Positions 48,049 to 57,668 of a stretch of 64,000 nt of DNA are shown piece after piece. The notes beneath the pieces are model-generated. The model searched no databases. It saw nothing but the letters and a program-made list of their open reading frames with translations, and was not told where the DNA came from. This DNA comes from a virus (taxonomy: Duplodnaviria; Caudoviricetes). The DNA lies in the IMG/VR virus record IMGVR_UViG_3300033075_001228. One strand, given 5' to 3'. Each line of letters begins with the position of its first letter. Position 1 is the stretch's first letter. Position numbers and translations under genes: made by a program.

Positions 48049-48309
48049 TCAGGTCTTGGGCCTCATGTTCGTAGCTGGCATCATAGCGAAGAAGCTAAGA
48101 AGAAAATTGGTGCTTCTACTTCAATACGCAAACAAAAGGCTGTTCTTCAATGCATGAAAGATGGTACAGTATTGAGGGAATTTCCTTCATTGAATGAAGC
48201 AGCACAATTTGTAAACGGACATGCTGGTAAAGTGTCCGATGTGTTGTGCGGTCGTCGATATACGCACAAGGGATATGTATGGCGGTACGGTATGCTCAAA
48301 GTGGTTTGA
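48049..48309 (+). pseudogene. NUMOD3+NUMOD1 DNA-binding module (homing-endonuclease remnant) in frame after the upstream TGA
   Basis: HHSEEAKKKIG (NUMOD3) and KAVLQ..KDGTVLREFPSLNEAA...CGRRYTHKGYVWRY (NUMOD1). No start codon before NUMOD3. Confidence 0.7.
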
Positions 48310-48333
48310 CCACAGACAGGGTTGAGGTGTAAC

Positions 48334-49050
48334 ATCGGATTTTTGGATCACACAACTAACAACATCGTCCTTGACGCAGTGTTGACTGACGTTGGTAGGC
48401 AATTTTTGGCACGCAACGACGGCAGCTTTTCTATCAGCAAGTTCGCCCTCGCCGACGATGAAGTCAACTATAACATCATCGCAAAGTACGGCAGGACTGT
48501 CGGCAGGGAAAAGATCGAAAAGAACACCCCGATCTTCGAGGCGCTGACAAACCAGCAGCACGCGCAGAAGTATAGGCTTGTCAGCGTGTCAAACCCTAAC
48601 CTGCTTCGCTTACCAACGATGTCGTTGTCAGGCGACTCAAACGTCGATGGCCAAAACAGCGTCATCACTTTGGGCAGAAACCAGCAAAAAACAGCTACTG
48701 CTACGGTTGAACAGACGATCCAGAACGAAACAACGATTGACGTAGAGCTGAGGGACCAGACGTTCATCGTTGAGGTTCCGAACCTCTTTTTGCAGATCTT
48801 GCGTCAGTCGCCAGAAAACATCGACGGCCAGCAACGCGCGACATACATCCTGACGCGTTCTCCTGCAGAAAACGCATTCGGCGGCAGCTCAGTGCAGTTT
48901 ACGCTATCCGTAAAGAGCCTGACAGATGCTTTGTTCACTGTCTACGGTACGACCGCTAACAAGGCAAGGATCAGGACGTCGATCAAGGTGACTGGCGTGC
49001 AGTCAGGTGCCGTCAAGGACATCAGTGTTGTCATCGATAAGAACCTATGA
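48334..49050 (+). CDS. Virion structural protein with probable ATC start
   Basis: GAGGT-5 nt-ATC GGA TTT TTG GAT. Motifs LDAVLTDVGRQFLA, FALADDEVNY and PIFEA. Confidence 0.7.
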   Translation: MGFLDHTTNNIVLDAVLTDVGRQFLARNDGSFSISKFALADDEVNYNIIAKYGRTVGREKIEKNTPIFEALTNQQHAQKYRLVSVSNPNLLRLPTMSLSGDSNVDGQNSVITLGRNQQKTATATVEQTIQNETTIDVELRDQTFIVEVPNLFLQILRQSPENIDGQQRATYILTRSPAENAFGGSSVQFTLSVKSLTDALFTVYGTTANKARIRTSIKVTGVQSGAVKDISVVIDKNL

Positions 49051-49226
49051 ACGAGCAAGTCGAAGTAACTGTCAAACACAGCGTTGGAGCAGAAGGAAGC
49101 GGTTGGTACGTCTGGGAATCGGAGTATCCAGAAGAGGGATATGTCTACTTTAGCGCCAAGCGTCCGACTGCTGATGAGCTAAGAACGATCTGCGAAAGCT
49201 ACGTTGAAGAAAAGAGCGCAAAGTGA
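49047..49226 (+). CDS. Small hypothetical protein (59 aa, below ORF-track cutoff)
   Basis: ATGA overlap. Reads MNEQVEV...GWYVWESEYPEEG...SAK. Confidence 0.6.
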   Translation: MNEQVEVTVKHSVGAEGSGWYVWESEYPEEGYVYFSAKRPTADELRTICESYVEEKSAK

Positions 49227-49366
49227 GTTTGCTCAGTACGATCGTGACAGAAAACATGATCAATGGTTCCAAACACGAGGCATGAGATTAGTTAGAGTGA
49301 TTGATATGGAGATCTTGAATCCGGATGCTCGGCCGTTGATCCTAGCACGAATGGAGGGCTAATTCT

Positions 49367-50596
49367 ACGGCAACTTTTAAAGAAATTCTCCCGAGCGACA
49401 TCAAGTCGACGCGGTCGTTCTTGTCTCAGCTTATCGATGTCCTGCAAGAGGACATCAGTGGGTCAACGTCAAGGCGAAAGTATCAGGCGTTTGTCACCGG
49501 CGGCGTAGGGCCTGGTGTCACCAGCTCGTTGTTTCAAACGGTCTATGACCAGGACTTTACGCTTCAGACTGCTAACCCTGTTCTTGACATGACGATCGGC
49601 CTGTTCCCTGACGGGTCAACTGTGGCTTCGTCGTTTGCTGGAACTGATGCGGCTGGTAAGGAGTTGTTTCCATCATCGTCATTGATGATGCGAGAGAAGA
49701 TGGACATTTACAGGCAGTTTGCGTCAGCGCTGTTGGGCGACTCTACCGCGGCGTTCACAGCCGCGTTTGATTCATCAGACGTTAGCGATGAAATTGACGT
49801 TGCGTTGTTCATCGCCTTCAAGCGGTTGTTTGCAAGGGACCAGATCAAACGCGAGACGTTTGCAATGAAGTTTTTTCAGTCTGCTGCGATCAACTTTAAC
49901 TCAGCAGGAACGACCCCTTCTGAGACGCAGGCGCAGCCGCCCAACCTTTTCATTGGGTCGACGTCAGGCTCTGCGATCTTTACTGACATCGGCGCGGCGA
50001 CAAACAAGCTGACGACGTTCGGTGGACAGGTGGGCAACATTGTTGACTCAGCAAACACGACCAGAAACGTGGGGCTGGTGTTTTACGACCGTGGCATCGT
50101 GGTCTTGGACCTTACAAAGATCACTAGCGCAAGCCAGTTTGTGTCAGGGACGATTGACGCAATGCACTCGCTAGGCTCGCTTGTCCTTGGCGCGAACGGC
50201 ACACAGACACAGTTCAAGTCAAAGATGATTCCTGACTTTGTTGTCAGCGCGTCGATCGACAACGTTATCGACCACATTGCGTCCTGTAGGCTTGGTTCTG
50301 GTTCCTCGACGGCAATCACCTTCCAGAACACGACCAACATCAACAGTTCATTGATCTTTTGTAGGGCAGGCGCAGACGAGTTTAACTACTCATCCAATCC
50401 TACGTTCACCGACTCCAACAACAGGATCCAGGTCATTGACGTTGGTCAGGAAGACACACAACAGACGTTTACGTTCATCACAAGCGTCGGTTTGTATGAC
50501 GCTAACGACAACCTCCTCGCGGTTGCAAAGCTATCGAGGCCAGTAGAAAAATCGCCGGAGAGAGACCTGACCCTACGCGTCCGGTTGGATTTTTGA
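49367..50596 (+). CDS. Tail/baseplate structural protein with probable ACG start
   Basis: GGAGGG-8 nt-ACG GCA ACT TTT AAA. C-terminal VGLYDANDNLLAVAKLSRPVEK..LRVRLDF. Confidence 0.7.
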   Translation, partial: TATFKEILPSDIKSTRSFLSQLIDVLQEDISGSTSRRKYQAFVTGGVGPGVTSSLFQTVYDQDFTLQTANPVLDMTIGLFPDGSTVASSFAGTDAAGKELFPSSSLMMREKMDIYRQFASALLGDSTAAFTAAFDSSDVSDEIDVALFIAFKRLFARDQIKRETFAMKFFQSAAINFNSAGTTPSETQAQPPNLFIGSTSGSAIFTDIGAATNKLTTFGGQVGNIVDSANTTRNVGLVFYDRGIVVLDLTKITSASQFVSGTIDAMHSLGSLVLGANGTQTQFKSKMIPDFVVSASIDNVIDHIASCRLGSGSSTAITFQNTTNINSSLIFCRAGADEFNYSSNPTFTDSNNRIQVIDVGQEDTQQTFTFITSVGLYDANDNLLAVAKLSRPVEKSPERDLTLRVRLDF

Positions 50597-50767
50597 CGTT
50601 GCTAACGTCGCTGTGCATGTGGCTGCGGCAGCTTGGTTTCTTGTAGGGATGATTCTTTTTAAGGCTCATTCGTGGTGACGTATGCTTGAGATCCCGGCAA
50701 GAATCGCCAAAGCTTGAATGACGTTGCGGCCCCTGATCTCACGGGGTATAGTTAGTGAGGAAGCTGA

Positions 50768-53320
50768 ATGTCATTTTTCAAGGTAGGCCCAGGTGACGTA
50801 GAGTCGTTCACTGTTGTCACAAACCCAAGCAGGCATTTCACGTCGAGCTCTGTGGCTGGTTCAACAGGATCTGTGTACGTCTTCGCCAGGCGGTCGCACC
50901 TTGAAAAAGACGTTGCTCCTGTTTCTTCATACGTAGACTCCTTGCACATTGATGACGATTTTTCATCAATGTTACGAAGCCTGCAGCAGATGGGACGTTA
51001 TGCCCACGTCACTGGTTCGTCTGCTGCGTTTGTGCTGACTGCCAGCCGTGCGTTTCCAGGGATGATGCAGAGCTACCTTAACAAGGTCAATGCAAGCGAA
51101 ACGTCGCAGCGCAAGAGAAAGACGTTGGAGGTGTCAAGGACAACACCGACCGTTGATTTCTCGGCTGAGTCTGTCAAAAAGCTTGTCATAAAAGATCAGC
51201 TTTCACAATACTATCGCACAGTCTATCCATCTGCGCACTGGGGGTACACCAACTACAGCAGCTTGAATTTTTTCACTGCGTCGACCGTTCCTACGTCATC
51301 TTGCCTGCTGTACCCAAACGTTTCCGATGGCTTGGCGCACGATGGGTTTGTGACAGGAACGTACACCCCTAGCGGCGCTTTAAGCTTTGATTTCTACATC
51401 AAGCCATGCTACAGACCTGACCAGGTAGACGGCCAGTTTAAGGCAGGAACCATCTTTCATCTGTCGTCAACGTATGCATTGTCCTTGGTCACCGGGTCTG
51501 CGAAGGATGAAAACGGAAGGCCTCTAACATTTCGGTTGCAGCTTCAGCTGTCACACAGCGCTGATGTGCCACCGTCGATGCTACGCCCGAGCGGAAGCAA
51601 CCTCGCTAGCTTCGTCGTCGGCGGTGCTGCGACGGGAAGCCAACAGGGGTATGCGCCAGCGAACCTTGCATTTTTGTCCGACGACAACTCGTTGCTGTGG
51701 AACCGTTGGCACCATGTCGTTGTGCGATGGGGAACGTTAGCTGTCAACGAGGGAACAGGGTCGTTTAACATTGATGGCGTAGACCGTGGCGTCTTTGTGG
51801 TTCCTTCGTCGACTGTCGCCCCTCGGACCTTTCCAGCTGGCGGCCGCTCAAGCCCCGACGTCTTGGTCGTTGGCAACTACTTTGAGGGACTGAACTCTGG
51901 CACGGGATCGTTGTCATACTTCTTTGCGGCAGACCCTTCATCAAGGGAAGGCCTTGAAGAGATGGACGCAACCCCTAGCGTCAATGAGCCTAACCCTGCG
52001 CGTTACAGCTTCAACCACCCGTTGAACGCAGAGGTCCATGACCTTGCCATCAAACGTTACTACATGTCGGACTATGACCTTGAGACGTCATCGTCTGTCG
52101 GACCCAAGTCTATTGATAACGCAATAGCGTTTTATCTTCCACCATTCTTTGTTGATGAGTCGCCGTTTAGGCGTTCTGTGGCTGGCTTTGGCGGCATCCC
52201 ACAAACGCCTTTCTTTGCTGTCGACGGAACGACGAACGATCCTTTCAACGTTGCGCTCGCCTTCGGCGTCGCTGGTCATTACATCAATATTGAAAACTAC
52301 CTACGTGACTTTGGCTCAAACGTTTGGCCAAGGGCACACCACATGTCTGCAACAATCCTTAGCCAGACAGGCCAGGCTCGGACAGCGAACCAGTTTCTTT
52401 ACGATCAACCGTATGTCAGGCGAAGGAACCTTCTCATCCTTCCGTGCGATGACGGGCAGTTTGTGCCGAGCTACGAGCTGCTGGCATCAGAGAGCCTGAG
52501 GACGTCTGCTGTCGATGACCTTGGCAACGAGGACCTTAGCTTTGTGAACGTTGGCGCGTTGCTGCTCACAACGTCCCTATTGTTCTCGACAGATTTTGGC
52601 GGGGACAACTCGTTTGTGAACGAGTCGATCGGTTTTACGCCAGAAAATCCTGGGCTTCCGCCAGGGCGGGCGTTCAGTCAGTACGTTGCAAACCTTAACG
52701 AAGCAGTTGCGTCAGGAAGCTTTGATCCAGGGATCCAACAAGGCGCCGCCCTTGCGGTATTTCAACGTACTCGTGATCCGTCATCAAACCAGGTTACGTT
52801 TTTTGACATCAGTAACCTTTACTACGGCAAGCGGATCAAACCAGGGTCTGTTGAGCTTAGCGATCCCTCTTTGAGCGGCTCATCTGGAGCTGTCTCTGTG
52901 ACGTTGAAGGATGATGGTAGGGGTACGTTATACAGGGCAGACTGCTTTACCACTGCTTCCACGTGGAACTCTGTCGGGACTGTTTTCTATGATGAAGGCA
53001 TCATAGCCATCAAAAACCCACACCTCTATTTCTTTGGAAAGGAAGGGTTTGAGCTGACGTTAAAGGGCGAGCAAAACATTCACGTGATGACGGTCAGCGT
53101 CCTTGCTCCAGCAAACCACCTTAACTCTTCGTCAAACCCTAACTTCATGGTGGTGCCGCCTTCTGCGTCGCCAAACGATCCCGAGAGGGAGTTTGTATAC
53201 ATCACTGGCATCAATTTCCATGACGACAACCTTAATGTCATCATGAAAACCCAGCTTGCCCAGCCGATCGTAAAAAGACACGGCGATCGAATTCGTTTTC
53301 GAATCAAGTATGACTTCTAA
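50768..53320 (+). CDS. Tail/baseplate structural protein with LamG-like domain
   Basis: WHHVVVRW (LamG-like). C-terminus ITGINFHDDNLNVIMKTQLAQP..KYDF is paralogous to the preceding gene. Confidence 0.65.
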   Translation: MSFFKVGPGDVESFTVVTNPSRHFTSSSVAGSTGSVYVFARRSHLEKDVAPVSSYVDSLHIDDDFSSMLRSLQQMGRYAHVTGSSAAFVLTASRAFPGMMQSYLNKVNASETSQRKRKTLEVSRTTPTVDFSAESVKKLVIKDQLSQYYRTVYPSAHWGYTNYSSLNFFTASTVPTSSCLLYPNVSDGLAHDGFVTGTYTPSGALSFDFYIKPCYRPDQVDGQFKAGTIFHLSSTYALSLVTGSAKDENGRPLTFRLQLQLSHSADVPPSMLRPSGSNLASFVVGGAATGSQQGYAPANLAFLSDDNSLLWNRWHHVVVRWGTLAVNEGTGSFNIDGVDRGVFVVPSSTVAPRTFPAGGRSSPDVLVVGNYFEGLNSGTGSLSYFFAADPSSREGLEEMDATPSVNEPNPARYSFNHPLNAEVHDLAIKRYYMSDYDLETSSSVGPKSIDNAIAFYLPPFFVDESPFRRSVAGFGGIPQTPFFAVDGTTNDPFNVALAFGVAGHYINIENYLRDFGSNVWPRAHHMSATILSQTGQARTANQFLYDQPYVRRRNLLILPCDDGQFVPSYELLASESLRTSAVDDLGNEDLSFVNVGALLLTTSLLFSTDFGGDNSFVNESIGFTPENPGLPPGRAFSQYVANLNEAVASGSFDPGIQQGAALAVFQRTRDPSSNQVTFFDISNLYYGKRIKPGSVELSDPSLSGSSGAVSVTLKDDGRGTLYRADCFTTASTWNSVGTVFYDEGIIAIKNPHLYFFGKEGFELTLKGEQNIHVMTVSVLAPANHLNSSSNPNFMVVPPSASPNDPEREFVYITGINFHDDNLNVIMKTQLAQPIVKRHGDRIRFRIKYDF

Positions 53321-53489
53321 TTTTGCTAAGGAATTTACGTAATGAAGTTAACGCGACCAGGGTTACGATTCAAACGTTAGCATTCCTAAAACACCAGTCA
53401 TTGGTACCAGGCAAATGTTGCTGTTTGATCCAAATCGACAAGTATTATCAATGAACGTTGTTGATCGGTGATGAAAGTGTTAGGTTAGT

Positions 53490-53885
53490 TTGGTTAAACG
53501 TCGTCGCAAACGTAAGGGACACTATCACACCGGAACGCATGAGTCTCCTAAGGCGGGTTCATGCAGGTACAGGTCTGGATGGGAGCTGTCTTACATGGTT
53601 CACTTAGACAACGATGAGTCTGTGAAATCATACCAGTACGAGGGCGTTTGCATCGAGTACGTCAGCAACAAGGGTTCAGGACGTACGCGAAAGTACTACC
53701 CAGACTTCCTTATCGAACATGTTGACGGTCGAAAACGTTTGGTAGAGATCAAACCAAAGAGAAGGGTCAGCCAAGCAAACGTTCAGAAGAAGCTGGCAGC
53801 CGCTGAAGCCTGGTCTGGCGAACACGGAGTGACCCTGGAAGTAGTCACTGAGGTTGAGCTTAGGGTAATGGGGTTGCTGAAGTAA
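53490..53885 (+). CDS. TnsA-N/T4 gp4-like head completion endonuclease
   Basis: YRSGWE, YYPDF, LVEIKP and VVTE. Confidence 0.8.
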   Translation: MVKRRRKRKGHYHTGTHESPKAGSCRYRSGWELSYMVHLDNDESVKSYQYEGVCIEYVSNKGSGRTRKYYPDFLIEHVDGRKRLVEIKPKRRVSQANVQKKLAAAEAWSGEHGVTLEVVTEVELRVMGLLK

Positions 53886-53922
53886 AGTTTTACTAGGGTC
53901 ATCCTGGGTGCTATAGTTCACG

Positions 53923-54537
53923 GTGTCGTTGATCATTGGTTTTGACGTAAGCACGTCTGTTGTCGGCGTCTGCGTGGTTGAGTCATCAAGAAAGTTAGAC
54001 AACGTCGGGTCGCACATCATCAAGCTTGACAGGATCGAGTTTAAGGGATGCAAGACGCTGTGGGACAAGGCAGACGCCGTTAGGTCGTATCTTTCAACGA
54101 TGCATAACGGCGGTACGTTAGGCGGGTATTCCGACAGCGTTAGGATCGTTCTAGAGGAACCATTGATGGGGTTTAGGACAGGAATGTCATCCGCGCAGAC
54201 GATCACAACGTTGATGCGTTTCAACGGGATCGTTAGCTACATCGCCAGGGACATCTTCAGGTCAGAGCCTGAGTACGTCAGCGCCGCCCACGCCAGGAAG
54301 CTGTGCGGCATCAAGCTGGTGAAGACTGCCATCGGCGGCCCACAAAAGGAACAGGTCTTTAGGCACATGACAGCAAACGACCTGTCACATGTCTCATGGC
54401 CAGCAAAAAAGAACGGTGAACCGGTCGATTGGTCTAAGGACGCATGTGATGCATATGTCATCGCTAGGGCTGCCCAGGTGAACGGTCCGTTTGTTGTAAC
54501 CAAAAAGAAAAAGAAGCCTAAACCATCTCACGATTGA
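53923..54537 (+). CDS. RuvC-like Holliday junction resolvase
   Basis: IGFDVSTS, VLEEP and DACDAYVIA. Confidence 0.8.
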   Translation: MSLIIGFDVSTSVVGVCVVESSRKLDNVGSHIIKLDRIEFKGCKTLWDKADAVRSYLSTMHNGGTLGGYSDSVRIVLEEPLMGFRTGMSSAQTITTLMRFNGIVSYIARDIFRSEPEYVSAAHARKLCGIKLVKTAIGGPQKEQVFRHMTANDLSHVSWPAKKNGEPVDWSKDACDAYVIARAAQVNGPFVVTKKKKKPKPSHD

Positions 54538-54559
54538 GTGGTTACGATGGCCACACAAG

Positions 54560-55543
54560 GTGGCTGTCACAACTGTTTCAGACAAGATTGCGTTCATTGA
54601 GTCAGTCTTTGGCACTTGCAAGGTTGCCAGAAACAGCAAGAACGTAGAGGTCAGGTGCCCTGTATGCGCGCCTCGAGACCCGACAAAGAAAAAGCTTGCG
54701 ATACGCGTAGATGATGACAGGAATCATTGCTGGACGTGTGGCTGGCGTGCACACACGTTGGCGCCGTTGCTGAGAAAGTTCAGCTCGCCTGACAAGCTGA
54801 ACGAGTATCGAGCCAGGTTCATGTCTGATGATGAACGTAAGCGTTCGTTTAGGCTAGACGACAAGGAAGCTGAAAAAAAGCTGACGCTGCCGGGAGACTT
54901 TAGGATGCTAGCTCCTGGCTCGTGGGACCCAGACTCGTTAGCTGCGTATCGTTACCTGGTTGACAGGGGGCTTTCGTCGCGTGACATGTGGTTTTTTAAG
55001 GTGGGTGTCTCAGACGATCGAAGGTGGCATCGCCGCGTGATCGTGCCGTCGTTTGACAAAAACGGAGAGCTAAACTACTTTGTTGCTAGGGCGATTGACA
55101 GGCTGCGAAAGCCAAAGTACGACAATCCAGATCACGACAAACTCCCAGTCATCTTTAACGAGATCCACGTTGATTGGACCAAACGTTTGGTGATTTGCGA
55201 AGGGGTTTTTGACATGTTTAAGTGTGGCGACAACGTGGTGCCGCTGCTTGGCTCAGACCTTAACGAAAGATCTGCGTTGTTTAACTCGATTCTTGTCAAC
55301 GGCACGCCTGTGGCTGTGGCGCTTGACAGTGACATGTGGGAAACAAAAACGTTGCGCGCAGCAAAAAAGTTGGCTGAGTATGACATCGACGTAACGATCG
55401 TTGACACTAGGCAGTTTGGAGACCCTGGCTCAACGACCAAAGAGCAGTTTCAAATTGCTCTCTCTGGGGCCAAGGGCTTTGACTGGCGTTCGACCGTGCA
55501 GACGCGTTTGGGTCGTTCTTCACGTATCTCGTTGTCAATTTGA
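54560..55543 (+). CDS. DNA primase (Zn finger plus TOPRIM)
   Basis: CPVC..CWTC, YL..RG, KY.NP, CEGVFD and LDSD. Confidence 0.88.
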   Translation: MAVTTVSDKIAFIESVFGTCKVARNSKNVEVRCPVCAPRDPTKKKLAIRVDDDRNHCWTCGWRAHTLAPLLRKFSSPDKLNEYRARFMSDDERKRSFRLDDKEAEKKLTLPGDFRMLAPGSWDPDSLAAYRYLVDRGLSSRDMWFFKVGVSDDRRWHRRVIVPSFDKNGELNYFVARAIDRLRKPKYDNPDHDKLPVIFNEIHVDWTKRLVICEGVFDMFKCGDNVVPLLGSDLNERSALFNSILVNGTPVAVALDSDMWETKTLRAAKKLAEYDIDVTIVDTRQFGDPGSTTKEQFQIALSGAKGFDWRSTVQTRLGRSSRISLSI

Positions 55544-55612
55544 CTTGCTGCTTCGAGGGGCTCTAGCGACTTACGCTGCTATTTATCGCTCGAACACTTA
55601 GAGGTACAAGTA

Positions 55613-56617
55613 ATGAAGAAGCGAACGTCCATGCGTCCAAGCATCTCAGAAGCCAGGCTTCGAAAGATAGTGTACGAAGAGCTAGTGAGGGCTCAACTTG
55701 TCAACGAAGGGCTATGGGATGACGTTAAGGATGGTGCTCGTAAGCTATCAGCGTATGTAAGCAAGCAGTTTCAACAGGTTGCTGCAAAGTGGGCAAAGGC
55801 GATCACCGAACGGCTTGGCAAGATTGGAGAGATTCCAAACGAAGCTAAACAGATTTTGCAGGTTGTAAAGCAAGCCATGGCAGAGACCGGTGAATCGTTC
55901 AAGCTTGATGCTGGTCTAAAGGCTGCACAAGAGCTTGGAAAGTTGGGCTCTGATGGCGCGTTAGCAGTCGTGCAGCAGGACCTTGAGGGTCCCGTGCACG
56001 AAAAGGCAAAGAACGCCCAGGTCAAAGGTGAAGGGAAATACCTTCCAGGGATCTACGCTGTGTTGGCTGAAAACAGCTACGCAGCTCAGATGCCAAAGGA
56101 AAAAATCAATGAAGATCTCGGCGTAACAACCGTCTTGGGCGTAAGCCTTGCCATCATGGGAGGTCTTCCTATGTTGTTTAAGGGCTTGGAGAAATTGGCA
56201 CATGCGTTGGGCGCATCAGGAGCAGCTGCGCTTTTTGAAAAGGCTGAGCACGTGACGCATAGCTTTGAGCAGAAAACAGTTGACTTTGTGATGCCGTTTA
56301 AGCTAGCATATGCAGTGTACCTTGGCCTTTGGAAGATGGGCATCAAGCTGACGAAGGGCGAAGAGCCCCTGAATGAACTGGAGATTAAAGCCGAAGACGA
56401 AGGCAAGAAGGCCATGGCCCAGTGCAAAGGCTTGGTCTACAAGGTTCTGCTTATCTACTTTGCAATCCAGGGAATTGCTGGCGTTTTGAAGGCGGGAGCG
56501 TCGTTGCTCGGGTTTGTCGAGGGCACAGCCACCACCGTCAAGGGCATTGAGCTTGCCAGAGGAGCCGAGGAGATCGTGAAGCTTGTTAGGGCTGGCTCTG
56601 GCGGCATGGCTGTCTAA
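55613..56617 (+). CDS. Hypothetical protein, putative internal head protein with hydrophobic segments
   Basis: ISEARLRKIVYEEL..LVNEG motif and TATTTA upstream. Confidence 0.7.
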   Translation: MKKRTSMRPSISEARLRKIVYEELVRAQLVNEGLWDDVKDGARKLSAYVSKQFQQVAAKWAKAITERLGKIGEIPNEAKQILQVVKQAMAETGESFKLDAGLKAAQELGKLGSDGALAVVQQDLEGPVHEKAKNAQVKGEGKYLPGIYAVLAENSYAAQMPKEKINEDLGVTTVLGVSLAIMGGLPMLFKGLEKLAHALGASGAAALFEKAEHVTHSFEQKTVDFVMPFKLAYAVYLGLWKMGIKLTKGEEPLNELEIKAEDEGKKAMAQCKGLVYKVLLIYFAIQGIAGVLKAGASLLGFVEGTATTVKGIELARGAEEIVKLVRAGSGGMAV

Positions 56618-56695
56618 CGCTATCTCATGTGCGATAGAAACGTTTAAGCAGCTTAAACAGCATCGGTACGGTGCAGTACACTGTTACAGTAGCCA

Positions 56696-57355
56696 GTGTT
56701 GAAAATCGCTCATATTGCTGACGTTCATTTTAGGGGTCTTAGCAGGCACAACGAGTACGTTCAGGTCTTTACCTCTTTTGCTTCGCAGGTAAAGAACCAA
56801 GGCATACAACACGTTTTTGTTGGGGGCGACATCTTTCACACAAAGACAACTGGTCTAAGCCCAGAATACATCGAGATCATGTCTTGGTGGCTGACGACCC
56901 TTTCAAAGGACGCCGAGCTGCACCTAACGTTAGGAAACCATGACGGTAACCTTGTCAACCTTGGAAGACAGGACGCTGTCACACCAATCGTGAAAGCGCT
57001 TAACAACCCACGTGTGCATCTCTACAAGGAGAGCGGCGTATACGAGTTTTCACCCGGATTCAACTGGTGTGTCTTTAGCCTGTTTGACGAGGAAGGCTGG
57101 TCTCGTGTCAAGCCAGTTCCAGGGAAAGTGAACATAGCTTGCTATCATGGGCCTGTGTTTGGTGCCCACACTGAATCAAATTGGTTGATCGAGGAAGGGT
57201 TGACCATTGAGCACTTTAAGGAGTATGACTTTGCTTTTCTAGGTGATATTCATCGTCTTCAGTTCCTTGATTACAGGGAGATAGAGCTAGTCATTGATGA
57301 AAATGACTTAGGCAGGTACCCAGGAGCAGTCGTTGTCCAAGAGGGAAGCGTTTAA
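56696..57355 (+). CDS. SbcD/Mre11 (gp47-like) nuclease, N-terminal fragment
   Basis: ADVH, GGDIFH, GNHD, YHG and LGDIH phosphoesterase motifs. Stops before the YPGS motif. Confidence 0.88.
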   Translation: MLKIAHIADVHFRGLSRHNEYVQVFTSFASQVKNQGIQHVFVGGDIFHTKTTGLSPEYIEIMSWWLTTLSKDAELHLTLGNHDGNLVNLGRQDAVTPIVKALNNPRVHLYKESGVYEFSPGFNWCVFSLFDEEGWSRVKPVPGKVNIACYHGPVFGAHTESNWLIEEGLTIEHFKEYDFAFLGDIHRLQFLDYREIELVIDENDLGRYPGAVVVQEGSV

Positions 57356-57356
57356 C

Positions 57357-57668
57357 ATGGGTTGGCCGCAGTGCAGTATGGAAGGTTGTGACAACTGGCC
57401 TTCTGTTGGATACACGGGTGTTTGTTGTGAATGCATCAAAGATCCGAAGAAGGTAGAAAAAGCTGCGAATCAAATGGCTAAGAACGTTGCAGCCTGCACA
57501 AAGATAGAGCGAGAAGACCACATTCTTGTTTGTTGGTTAAGCAGGGAGCCACAAAAGTGCCTAGAGATGGTGCTGGAAGTTGTTCGCTCTGGAGAAACAG
57601 ACGTAAGAAAAGCAATGGATGTTGCGTGTCTTCAGTATTGGAGAACAATCAACACGGTGAAGCCTTGA
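57357..57668 (+). CDS. Cys-rich hypothetical protein inserted in the SbcD gene
   Basis: ATG 57357 with GAGGG RBS. Its TGA overlaps the next TTG start. Confidence 0.65.
   Translation: MGWPQCSMEGCDNWPSVGYTGVCCECIKDPKKVEKAANQMAKNVAACTKIEREDHILVCWLSREPQKCLEMVLEVVRSGETDVRKAMDVACLQYWRTINTVKP

Noticed and set aside
48049-48333. Group I intron supplying an upstream ATG to the 48334 gene
   Set aside because: No recognisable P7 or other core elements. An SD is correctly spaced to the ATC.
57530-57664. N-terminal extension of the 903-aa SbcC ORF
   Set aside because: It overlaps the inserted gene. The coupled TTG at 57665 is more plausible.
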